64,000 bases of DNA, taken from the NCBI RefSeq assembly GCF_009914755.1, contig NC_060931.1, one strand, 5' to 3'. Below the pieces are notes generated by a model. That model did no database searches, was not told where the DNA came from, and saw only the letters and a program-made list of their open reading frames with translations. Below are positions 51,909-64,000 of the stretch, piece after piece. Positions within the stretch are counted from its first letter, which is position 1, and each line of letters begins with the position of its first letter. This DNA comes from the human T2T-CHM13v2.0 reference genome, Homo sapiens. Made by a program: the position numbers and the translations under genes.

Positions 51909-52753
51909 CAGGTCTGGAGCAAGCCCCCACTGGGAGCCCCAGGGCTCTCCTCTCTCTGACAGTTTTTCTTGTGACTGAGGCTGCTGGTGGAGCACACAAT
52001 GTCCTTGCCACACTCTTCCTTAAGTGTAGAATCTGATTTTTCTCAGGGAACAATTGAGTGCCCTACCAAACACTCAATTTTCTAAGCTTCCTTTCAGCTC
52101 CAGGCAGTGGCATTCAGGCGGAACAACACGGGCGGGTGCCCCTTCCTCTAACGGGAAGGCAGAGGCTCCTGGGAAAGCCCTTCCCTGCTCCTGAACATCT
52201 TCTCTGTCCTTGGCAGAGGGACGTGCCCACAGCGGTCTGTGCCCAGAGGCAGCTGTGCTGAGGATGGGACTGTGGACCGTGGGGAGGGCAGGGCCCTGAC
52301 CACCTCACTGGCAGGCCTCACCTATCTCCAGGCTCGTTTTTATGACACAGAAAAACAAGAATATGGGATTTTATGTTTGTTAAGTCAGACCAAGTTTCTG
52401 TTATTTGTTCCTAAACTGACTTATAACTGATGACAGCCATGACTTGGATAAATCATGGAAAGTGCACATCTAAACACTGTGGAAGGTGGAGCTGGGAGGA
52501 TGCCTGGGCCTGCTGCAGGACAGGGGCAGGATGCCACCCCCCAGGGAAAAGGTGACAACTCGAGATCTGCCTGCCATGGTGGTCCTGCCAGTGCTGGAGA
52601 GGGATGCAGGGACCATTCTGAATTTAGTTCCCCAAATTCCAAGTCGGCTAGCACAAGGCAGGAGAGTATAGCTAAGCAGCCAGGTGAAAAAGAAGTGAGT
52701 GTCTTCAGGGACGGAGGCCGACGGCTCAGCACGGTGCCCCTTCACTCTTCACT

Positions 52754-52828
52754 CGGCCACAGTGAGGGCAGCACGGGCACCGGCACGGCCACAGTGAGGG
52801 CAGCACGGGCACCGGCACGGCCACAGTG
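52754..52828. repeat. 32-bp GC-rich tandem repeat (2.3 copies)
   Basis: CGGCCACAGTGAGGGCAGCACGGGCACCGGCA at 52754 and 52786, partial copy at 52818. Confidence 0.95.
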
Positions 52829-53959
52829 GTGCTGCTTGCTCAGGCTGGCCAGGCCATGGTGGGTCCCTGGGCTCGCTGTTTGCATCCCAGTGCAACAGAT
52901 GGAGATGGTGGTGCTTGCCCAGTGGAGAGTGGCCCAGTGCTGAGGAGTTCTAGAATTTTGCATGGAACGGATGAAAACTGAGGAGGTAGGAAGGACTGTC
53001 AGTGGGAAGAAGGGCTGCAGTCATTTTGTGTGGCCTTAAGGGCATCCCTGTGACAACAGGTGGAGGGGACGGGTCGTGGGGGTGGGTCATGGTGGGCTCC
53101 AGACAGGGAAGAAGTTTCCATCAGCAAGAGCTTTCACAAATTGGAATGGACTGCTCCAAAAAGTAGAATTTCCCTGCCCACGGGGGTGTCAAGAGCAGAC
53201 CATGGGATCCCACCTGGAGGGCAAGATCCAGGGGAATTCAGACAGGAGGTGAGGGTGGGGTGGACGACCCCTACAGTCTGAGCCTAAGCATGTGGCCGCC
53301 CCAGGGCTGGGTCTGCAGGCTGTTGATGAGCATGAGCCATCGACTTTATTTACAGAGATTCTCTTCCAGGCTCCTCCCAGGTGCCCCAGGAACATCAAGA
53401 AAGGCAGACGTAAATGGGTCCAGGGCTCCTCACGCTTGGACAGGGGGGACCTGCTCCCCGGGTGGGGTGAGTGCTGCTAGAAGTCAGGGGAAGGTGAGTG
53501 CTAGGTGATGTCAAAAAAGGGAGAATATGGGATTTAATATGGGCTGGGGAATGGCTTGGTTTCCTATAGGAAGAAAGGAAGGTGGGATACCTGCTCCCAG
53601 GCAGGGAAGAACAAAAGAAACAGAGGAGGCAGCCTGGGCAGTGGCTGGGCGTCTCACCTGACCCTGGCTGAGCTCCTGCTGATCTTGGAGAAGGAAGGGT
53701 GGGGCCAGACTCTGGATGGCTTGGAGCCCCCGACCAGGGTCCACACTGGGAAGAAAGCAAAGGGAAGTTAACCACTCAAGGTTCTCACGCTGTTTTCTCA
53801 AGTAAGAAAGTAAACTCCCTAAACCACAAGACCAGCACAAACTAGGAAGGACCCCACGGCCCACCACCATGCGGCACCATACCTAAGTGTTCCTGAAGTT
53901 CACAGAAGGGATGTGGTAGAGAGGGGAAGGACGTTACCAGGTTTTAAAACATATTTTAA

Positions 53960-54560
53960 AGTTTAAAATTTTTTTGCGTTAGTAATAGTGATAATAATTG
54001 TACATGCTGTGGGTTCACCTATTTTAAGTGTATAAGTCAATGGTTTGTAAAAAAAAATACATAATTATGCAACTGCTACTACAATTCAGTTTCCAACATT
54101 TCCGTCCCTCAGAAAGGCCCTAATGCCCATCTGTACTCAATCTCCATTCTCGCCCCAGCCCAGGCAACCGCGAACCGGTTTTCCATTCCTACACATTTGC
54201 CTTTTCTGGACATTCACGTAGATGGGAATCAGGCAGTCCGGGATCTTTTGAGACTGGCTTCTTCACTCAGCATCATGTTTGAGGTTCATCCATGTCCTAG
54301 CAGGCATTAGCAGTTTATTCTTTTTTATTGCTGAAGAGAAACCCATTGTATGGAGGAACCACATTTTACATACCCATTCATCAGCTGCAGGCTTGAATTG
54401 TTTCCAGTTTGAATATTGTTTCAGTTTGAATATGTGTGAATTGTTTCCAGTATGAATATTGATGGCACAGACCCTTGTTACGAGTCTTTGTGCGGACATG
54501 AGCTGGCCCTTCTCTTGGGCAGACACTCAGGAGTGTGCCCTGAGTGTTGTTGCTCAGGAA
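53960..54560 (-). mobile_element. Old L1 3' end (L1MB8/ME-like)
   Basis: ttttaagtgtata...tttgccttttctggacatt...gactggcttcttcactcagcat. Confidence 0.8.
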
Positions 54561-55639
54561 GCCTGAGGAGGGGTGAGGAGGTGGGAGAGGATTCAAGAGG
54601 GGGTGCAAGCTGCGACTGGGGCTGAGTCCCTCCCACATGGAAATGAGGAGGAGCGAGATGAGATGGCGGCCAGAACACTGACGGTGTGGGAGGTTGAGCA
54701 GCTTGGGGAGGGCTGAACACCCATGCTCTTGGGAACCACAAAGAGGAGCTCAGGCTTGCGGTCAGGGGACGTGGAGACTTTGTAGGCTCCATGCAGACAG
54801 CAGGACTTTAGGAAGAAAGGTTTGGTAGTAGGATGGTGGAGGGAACAGGGCAATGAGAGGCAGGGACAGGCGGAGGTTCAGGATGGTGTGAGCACAGAAG
54901 GCTTTTAAATCTGGTAGCCGCTTTGTGGCTGGAAAGGGGCGCAGATGGACGCACAGTAAGAACGCACAGAGAAACCCCTCCTGGACTGTGACTGGAGTCA
55001 CAAGATGCCACAGTTGAATTTGTGGTCACTAAATGGCTCATCCTAACTAAAATCAGTTCTCATGCCTACAAAAAAGCACTTTCTATTTCTTTAAAGTTTC
55101 CTTTGTATATATTATACTTGAGATTACTCAGTAATAACAGTAACATGACAAAATACGAATAAACTGCAAAATTGAACAGAATAAAATTCACAAGGGGCCC
55201 TAATTCCGACATAGATAGTAAATGACTAAAAATTCTAAATGAGCACAGAAAACATCTGTCGTGTCAAATATATTAATTCCAACAGTCTAATATATATACT
55301 TAATTAAAATAGTGAAACCATCTGTCCAAAAGCCTTCTCGGTGAAACTTTAATTAGTAGTCTCAGTTATATTATGTAGCAGAGAGAAAGGTCTTAGAGTT
55401 GCTTTCTTCCTAGCAGATTTGAAACCTGGGAAAGTGAAACAAAAATATTTCTTTTGGTGATATTTAAAGAGAAAAAGAGACATTCCTTGTGTTTTCTTGT
55501 TGGATGTCTCTACAGCCGACTCCGATGAAAAATTGCATCTCACATTGTAATGCTTATCTGAGCAGGCACGTCTGCATCAGGGGTCGTATTATCTTGAGCT
55601 TGGATTATATCTGAAGGTTATATTTAAGAAACAGTATTT

Positions 55640-56525
<886 letters not shown>

Positions 56526-56734
56526 GAACATTATTTCTTTTATAGTGAATTTTAAATCTTGCAGATTTTAAAATATAGTAGATTTAAAAACCTGTGTTGT
56601 AACAGAGTCCGGCTGGTATTAACCTTTGGTTCAGAAGTTTCTTTAAGGTCATTGAAACAGTGAGCCAAATCATACCTCCCTTGCATCCTAAAGTACAATT
56701 GAGATAAAGTGGTATAAAGAAAAAATACTGCTAT

Positions 56735-56890
56735 GGGCTTTTGGAGATGTGGATTCTAGTCTTGGCTTCATACCCTCTAGTTGCATGACTTTGAATAAGT
56801 CATTTCTCCTCTTTGGGTCTCAGTTTTCTCATCTGTGTAAAGGAAGAGTTTGAAATGAGTGACACCTAAGCCGCTATTCAGCTCTAAGCA
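56735..56890 (+). mobile_element. MIR
   Basis: atgactttgaataagtcattttctcctctttgggtctcagttttctcatctgt. Confidence 0.75.
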
Positions 56891-58799
56891 CATTACAAGA
56901 ATAACTTTCAACTGAAACAGGTGCATAAAAATATTGATCTTTATTTAATTATTGCAAGACATGCAGAACTACTGAAGAAACTAGATGGAGTTGGAGTCAG
57001 ACCGTGGAGGTGAGGAAGAGGCAAGAGGAGAATAAAAAGCACACGTCCCACATCAGGCTGCTGCTGCTGTGTCAGAGTGGGATTGCCTTCCCCATGGGCT
57101 CTGACACGACTTGGGCAGTGGAAGAAGAAACTCCCAACATGGTAGGAAGTCAGAGTCCCCTGGAGCAGGCTGCCCTGCGAGAGAGTTGGGGTGGTCACTG
57201 AAGTGTCTCTTGTGGCATTCTATGGAATTGTGTTGTTCTCAGGCAAATTGGTATCCAAGGATTCTTTTCCCCCGTATGTTTGGTATCGGAAAATACCACT
57301 AGCCAGTTTCAGCTTCCCATTTGTGTAAATAATTCATTTTCCTTTTGTCAAAGGCATTGGTGTTCATGTTTTGGTCATTTGTTGAAATATTCATTATCCT
57401 TTTGGGTTTCAGGATGACAGTAGCAGTGGCTCATACCTGTTCTCAGTCCAGTATACTAAGATGCTGTGATTCTCTGACATCCCAAGCCCCCTGTGCACTG
57501 GGAGTTTGGGAAAAAGGATGGCTGACTTAGGTCGTGCTAGTCAAATGCCCATAGGGCTTAGGTTATATCTTGTTTTTGAAAAACTCACAGTAACAAATCT
57601 ATGACAGGTTACCAATTTTGAGCAAAGTCCTTTCATTTTTCATGAATTCAAAATAATCTTTTTCCCATTTTGCCAGAAATGAATTTGCCTTTGACATGAA
57701 TGCCTGCTGAATAATGATGGAGTTGAGCTTGTGAGGACATTCTGCAGAACTGGGCTAAAAACATTGACTTCCTACATGATCTCTGCATCCATATGATCTA
57801 TTAGAAATTAATTACAGTAGCCGTTTGCTTTTTAGGATGCTGAAAGAAGTAACTGAATATAAATAAGGAAAACAAAAGAGAAATAAAGCAAAAACAAAGG
57901 GGGAAAAGCAGATGATCATTTAATATGCAGACTGAATCTAAGCAAATTACTATCTAGTCACAGATTCTCTGTAGGGATAAGTTTGTGGGGAACATAATTA
58001 ACAGACTGAGCAGAAGATGCAGCATCTTCATTTATTCTACAAATACCAGCCTGAATGTGAATTGACAATGCACTAACTTACTCTTAACATCCAAACAATT
58101 TGGAAGTAATTGACTCTTTGGATAATAAGGTCCTTTGGGGTTTTTCTGTTTCCCCAAAGATGTCTTAATAAACATCAATTAGCATTGCATAGGTCTACAG
58201 CTGTAGATGAAAATAATCTTTATTAGTGCTTTCTGTTTGCTGGAATTTTGGATAAATTGAGTTGGCTGCACCCATAGAGTAAGCAAACAGGCGTGCCCTC
58301 TCTTAATAGGACTTGTTACATCCTAGTTTTGCTGGCCTTTTCCAGTTAAAATAAGTTTCATCACAGATCGTACCTTCTCCAAAGAGGCTGGCTTTCTGGA
58401 TAATTCCTAGTGGCTTTCTCCTAACACCTCATCTCTTAGTTTTAGCCCCTTAGTCATCTTCATGCCAGTGCCCGTGCTGCTGGTGTCTTGTCCCCTAAAG
58501 GTCTTGAGTGAGATTTGTCTCCCAGCAAAGTGGAAGTGCTTCTCAAAATTCACTCTGTTCTGAGCAGTGATAAGTACTAAGTATAATGCTTACTGAGTTT
58601 TCCGAAACCCAGGGCCAAGTTATTTTCATATGGGGGTTTGTTCTGCCAAGATGGAAACAGTTCCCTTTCTGTTTGAGGGACTGTATGTGGGTGAAGGTAG
58701 CAGGTACCTCACTGCAGTGGCTGGGCCACCAGGCACACTCACCAGGCAGTGGCAGCCGGGGCTAGAGCAGCACCTGTGTGGTGGCCTCGCACTCTGAGT

Positions 58800-59090
58800 C
58801 CTATTTTTCTATTCCTCTTGTCCTCACAAATGCCTCATGGCCACAAAATGGTTGCTCCACCTCCTGCCTCACGTCCACTTTCTCCAGAAGAGGAAGAAGA
58901 AGAATGAGAAATAGGAAAAGGAAAGAAAAGAAGGAGGAGGAGGAGAAAGAGAAGAAAGAAACACAGCACCCAAATTGGGAAAGTCAGAAGTTTCCAGAAG
59001 TCCCTGTTAGTCCTCCGTTCCGCCCCTGGATGTAGCTGCATCACAGAGGCCACACCAGCTGCAGGGGAAGGGGAGACTCAGGTTAAAAGC
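58800..59090 (-). mobile_element. Old MLT1 (J/K-like) fragment
   Basis: catggccacaaaatggttgctccacctcc...ggccacaccagctgcagggga. Confidence 0.5.
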
Positions 59091-59808
59091 ATCTGTGCAC
59101 AACGCTGCCTGCAAAGTGCTGGGGTCGCTCAGTAAGGAGAGGAGAGAATGAGTGTGGAGCCCCTCACCCCTCTCCACTGGGTTAGGAAGTCAGAAGGGAG
59201 ACCCTGCGACGCCTTGCTGTGGAAGCTGGGATGCCTCCGAATGACCTTTGGGATCCACCCGTCATTATCAGACAGGGGCGAGAGATAGCGCGGAATATCA
59301 ACACCACAAAGCTCCTCAGGGAACTACACCCTGCAGCAGACCCAGGTTTGCGTAGGTACTTCTTGGAATTGTGAAACAGAGAAGTTTGTTTGAAACACAA
59401 AGCAGCTGAGGTGGTCCTCCAGGACCCCACGGAGAGGTTCCACCTAGGGCTTCTCTCTCAATCACCTGTTCTGTGGGGTTAGCCCTCCGGGTCTCTCCAG
59501 TTCTCCAGCAGGGTCTGCACTCCTGCAAGTCCATCCTGGCCCCTCTCCGGGACCCAAGTGAGGAGAATCCTCTCCTAGTTTTTCTTTCCCATCAGAGCCA
59601 AATCAGATGAGAATTTCCAGACACTCGCTGTGTTTCTGATAAAAAAGACAGCTATATTTCTGAGACAAAATTGCCTACCAGTTAGCCACGCGTTCTTTTC
59701 TGACACCAGGGTCTGAATTGTCCCCCTTGGATAGGACACCAAATTGTCAAAGGACAGAAACCACCTGGTGCACCACAAGGGGAAGACCTGCTGCTGAAGG
59801 GCAGCGAC

Positions 59809-60018
59809 AGTGGAGAGCGGGGAGGGCTGCAGTGTGGGCATTGCGGCCCCGAGACTGATGAGAAGCCCCTGAGACAGAGGAACCCCAAGAAGAAGCATCC
59901 CCCACAGCACGGGCACTGTGGCCCCGAGAGTGGAGAGTGGGGAGGGCTGCAGCGTGGGCACTGTGGACCCAAGAGTGGAGAGTGGGGAGGGCTGCAGCGG
60001 GGGCACTGTGGCCCCGAG
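59809..60018. repeat. 45-bp G-rich minisatellite
   Basis: GGGCACTGTGGCCCCGAGAGTGGAGAGTGGGGAGGGCTGCAGCGT at 59911 and 59956, partial at 60001, and a displaced copy near 59809. Confidence 0.9.
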
Positions 60019-60498
60019 TCAGACGAGGAAACCCTGAGATGGAGGAGCCCTGAAACACAGGGGACCCAGAGATGGAGGAATTCCAGGGCGCTGGAAGGGA
60101 ATTCAGGCATTAGGCTGGAATTCCTATGGCCTGCCGGTGCTTGTGACCCTTATTGCAGTGAGGGGAGGGTGGCATTGGCCACTGGTAGGGCTGGTGATGC
60201 TACTCTGCAGGAAGGAGAGCCAGGTTCCTATGGCTGAGAACAGCGATGGGGGCACACGGCTCCTGAAGGCAAAGCCAGACCAGGATTCCAGCGTTTCAGA
60301 CTCCCCGGCTTTTCCCCAACCTTCTGCATAGGCAGCTTTGTGGAAACCCACATTATAGCAAGTTTTTCATTTCTGGCAGGAATTCATAATTTTGATATTG
60401 TTGATTTTGGAACTCAGGTATAAAGCTTGAATTAGTTGTAAGCTTCAGTTCAGAGCACAGTGACACGAGTGACCTGTGCAGGGCTCCTCTTTTATCTC

Positions 60499-61230
60499 CA
60501 TCATCCACCCGCCCATCCATCCATCTATCCATCCATCCACCCACCCACTCATCCACCCATCCACCTACCCACCCACCCTCCCATCCACCCACCCTTCCAC
60601 CCATCTATCTACCTACCCACCCATTCATCCATCCACCCATCCACCCATCCACCCATCCATCTACCTATCCATCCATCCATCCATCCACCCATCTACCCAT
60701 TCACCCATTTATTCATCCATTCCTCCATCCATCCATCCATCCATCCACTCATCCAACCATCCATCTACCCACCCACCCATCCATCCATCCACCCATCCAT
60801 CTACCCACTCATCCAACCATCCATCCATCCACCCACCCATCTATCCATTCACCCATTTATTCATCCATCCATCCATCCATCCATCCATCCATCTACCTAC
60901 CCATCCACCCATCTATCTACCCATCCATCAATCCATCCATCCATCCACCCACCCACCCACTCATCCACCCACCCGTCCGTCTACCTACCCACCCACTCAT
61001 CCACCTACCCATTTACCCATCCATCCATTCATCCATCCATCCACCCATCCTATCTATCATCTATCTATATCTATCTCCTATCATCTGTCTATGTACAATC
61101 TATGTAGCTATCTATCATCTATTTATGTATCTATTATCTATTATATATCTCTATTATCTATCATATATCATCTATTTATGTATTATTATCTATCTAATCT
61201 ATCTTTCCATCTGTATCTATCTATCTATCT
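60499..61230. repeat. (CCAT/CCAC)n tract grading into (TCTA)n
   Basis: Directly visible; source of the HP/SI-rich ORFs. Confidence 0.97.
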
Positions 61231-62026
61231 CCTCTTATCCCCACGCCTTACATCTCTCTCCTTGCCCCTCACAGGGAATATTTATGTTTATTTGAAAGAA
61301 CCTGGTTCTTACTGCAATCCCAGTTTCAGAAGGTGAATGTTTTCATATTTCCTGAAAGCTTCTTGGAGAAGTTTGCTGATTTTATGCCACTTTACCTGGC
61401 TAAAAAGCCAAGATGCTGACTTTACCCTTGGCTAGGTGTTGCAGCGCGTGGTGTATCTGAGAGGTGCTGGCTTCTTCCGGGTATCTGTACCCACACTGGC
61501 CCCCAGGGCTTGGGTCTCACTGCTGAGCTTCAGCTGAGTGCAGGCTGCTCAAACGCCACTCCTTCAGGGGGAAGGGCAGGTAGGGCCATCCCTGGGACTC
61601 TAAAGTCACTCTCTAATTTGTCACTCTTTCCACCTCCTGGACCTAACATCTTTCCAAAGTCTCATTGGCTCCCGAATATCTACACTGCACAATGCTTTTA
61701 CAGTGATTTCCTTGAAGAAGAAAAGAGGCCTGGGGCTGGGCACTGTGCAGTCCAGGAGGCATGTGGAATCTTTGTCTGAGCACAGGATGGGTCCCTGGTG
61801 CAGCATGGGGACCCTCTGCAGAGACCTATGTGGCTGGATGCTCACGTCCTGCTCCCAGAGCCCCGGCTTTGGGATGTCTGGTGTGAATGAAGCTGGAGCA
61901 GCCGTGGGGTTTGTGAGCTCACAGGTGACTGACATGCACTTATGCCCGCAGACCCAGGTGGAGATGTGGACACACATCATCCTAAGGGTGGCTTTGGAGA
62001 AATGGAGCCCTTCCCCCAAAACACAC

Positions 62027-62052
62027 GTGTGTGTGTGTGTGTGTGTGTGTGT
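62027..62052. repeat. (TG)n microsatellite
   Basis: About 13 GT units. Confidence 0.95.
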
Positions 62053-64000
62053 TTCTTGCTAAAAATAAAAACCAGAGCCAGATACACAGGAGAATTTGTC
62101 TTGCTGCTTAATAATCTGCTCGAGCTCAGCCCTTATTCAGCAACCGCTTGGATCCTTCCCGACAGTGTGTGCAAGCCAGATTTGCTCCAAGCTTGCAGAC
62201 CCCCCTGAAGGAACAGGGGCTGGCATGTGCAGAGGGCTCCCTGGGGTCAGTCCTGGAGGCCATGTGGTTGTATCGCCTTTCACACAAAGGCAACCCTGGA
62301 GCCTAGCAGCTGAGAATCGTGGCCAAACCCTGCCCAGGGTGGGCAGAGCTGGGGAGGGGGTGCAGCTCCAGGCTCCTTGCTCCCCGCAAGGCTGCGGCAT
62401 AGGTGAGGCCTAGAGGGGAAACGCCGGGTATGGGCAGAGCCTCCAAAAGGACTCCTGAAAGACCTGTGTCTTGTTTCCATGGCTACTTTTGCCCATGCTG
62501 GCTAAGAGGTCGGCTATGCAATGTTACCTAAGAAGGCCCCGTGGAGCTGGGGTGCTGCCCACCTGGTGCCTGGGTGCGTCACTCCGTCAGGTTCCTGGTG
62601 ACTACTCAGGAAGAACCCAACAGCACTGCCCCACTGCCAGGGCTTGGTCTGTGGTGGGTGACAAGTAGGGGGACAGCTGCCTAGCCCCTGGATTGAAAAC
62701 AGATTTCAGGATGGGGCTGGGCGCAGCATGGGTGGGAGGGTGAATTGGGCTGGGCAGAGGGTGGTGGTCACAACATTCGAAAGATAAGGGTGTGACCTTG
62801 TACCTTGGGATGCCAGACTCACACTGGGCCATGAAGTTGGCCCTGATGGAATTCATGTTATGTCACTCCATCTCAGGGAATGCCAAACAAGGGAGAGGCT
62901 TGCACTTGGGTTCTAGGAGCTGTGTTCTAAGAATTGGAATTAAGTAGGAAAAAACCACTCCAAGCACCTGGTCATGCCCATCTTTCAGGTGAACGGCTCC
63001 ATCCTGAAGCTGTCAGTCAACATTAGCATGAAGAAGCCAGCACTCTGGGGATCCCAAGGATCTGGGGAATCGTGTGCCACACAGCCCCATAGGAGAAAGT
63101 CAGTCCCCAAGGAGGGACTCACCTCCCATAGGACAGAACCAGCCCCAATGGAGGGTGCCGTGTGCCAGCAGACTTGAGAGCTCTGAAGCCAGTGCACTGT
63201 GTCGGGATCCAGCCTCTGCCTCTACCCCATGGCTTCCATCATTTCCCATCTGGTCTTTGCAGGAGCCTCCTCACCATGACCACAGCTTTGAATTTTGCTT
63301 CTGGAGGTTTTTCCAAAGCAGCAGCCGGCCAGCGTGATTGAGCTCACCCTGCAGGTTTCCAACCCCACGGTGGCCTCCGGGATGCTGCTCTCCAGCCACA
63401 TCTCTTCGCCATCCTGCCCTGGCTGTCCCACTCCAGCTGCCATGGCAAAGCCAAGTGGGCCCTCCATGGGGGTGCCCGCCTCCAATCCTCTGTGCCTCTG
63501 CAGAGATACCTGAGCCTGGGTAGCTCTTCCCTGGCCTTCTTCTGGTCTTAAGGGCTTCCTGGCCACCCTAGCTTGTGCCCTGACTTGGTCTTCCTGTCCC
63601 CCTCTGTGCTTTATTTTCTCTGCAGCTCCCCTACCTCCTGGGGGTGCTGACTATTCCCCTGTAGAGTGTGGCTCGCTGAGGACAGGGCACCCTTGCTCAT
63701 CCATGAAGCAAGGCGGATTCTAAGGAAAGGGGCACGGGGTTTGGGGAGGTGTCATAACCAGCATGCACCTGGTGGCCCAGCGGGCTCTCACAGGCTTCCG
63801 TCCCTGGGTGGACTCTTTCAGACGGCTCCTGGTATGTGGCTCACTCATGGGACACAGGTACAGCCCTGCCTTTCCCCAGAGGTCCCCAGGCATGCAGCTC
63901 TTTTCTTACTGCTAGATGGAGGTGGATGGTGAGTGGGGAAAAGAGCCTAGGGTTGCCCGGGAGTCCCAGGGTCTGCGTCTGCCTCTGCCTCTCAGTTGCT

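Noticed and set aside
60460-61336. 215- and 286-aa His/Pro/Ser ORFs
   Set aside because: Translation of (CCAT)n.

Overview
Primate (almost certainly human) genomic DNA, repeat-rich and apparently intergenic or lncRNA-type. I do not recognise the locus and see no conserved protein-coding exon. Much of the window is transposon-derived: Alus with target-site duplications (TSDs), MaLR and ERV1 solo LTRs, L1, L2, MIR, MER53 and Charlie. Five large simple-repeat tracts generate most of the long ORFs in the track. The observations most worth following up are: (1) two long ORFs outside the simple repeats joined in frame by canonical splice sites into a 298-aa ORF (41839-42284 + 43461-43911), starting in an L2 remnant downstream of an EGR/CCAAT motif cluster, a candidate young/de novo gene or lncRNA ORF; (2) a tailless retrocopy of the 5' exon of tRNA-Ile(TAT) in a perfect 20-bp TSD at 10615-10695; (3) a partly inverted, locally templated copy of a pentamer satellite inserted into an MLT1 LTR; (4) a CpG-undepleted promoter-like patch beside a MER51-like LTR that carries a 108-codon ORF. 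Repeat subfamily names come from recalled consensus sequences and need Dfam/RepeatMasker confirmation.
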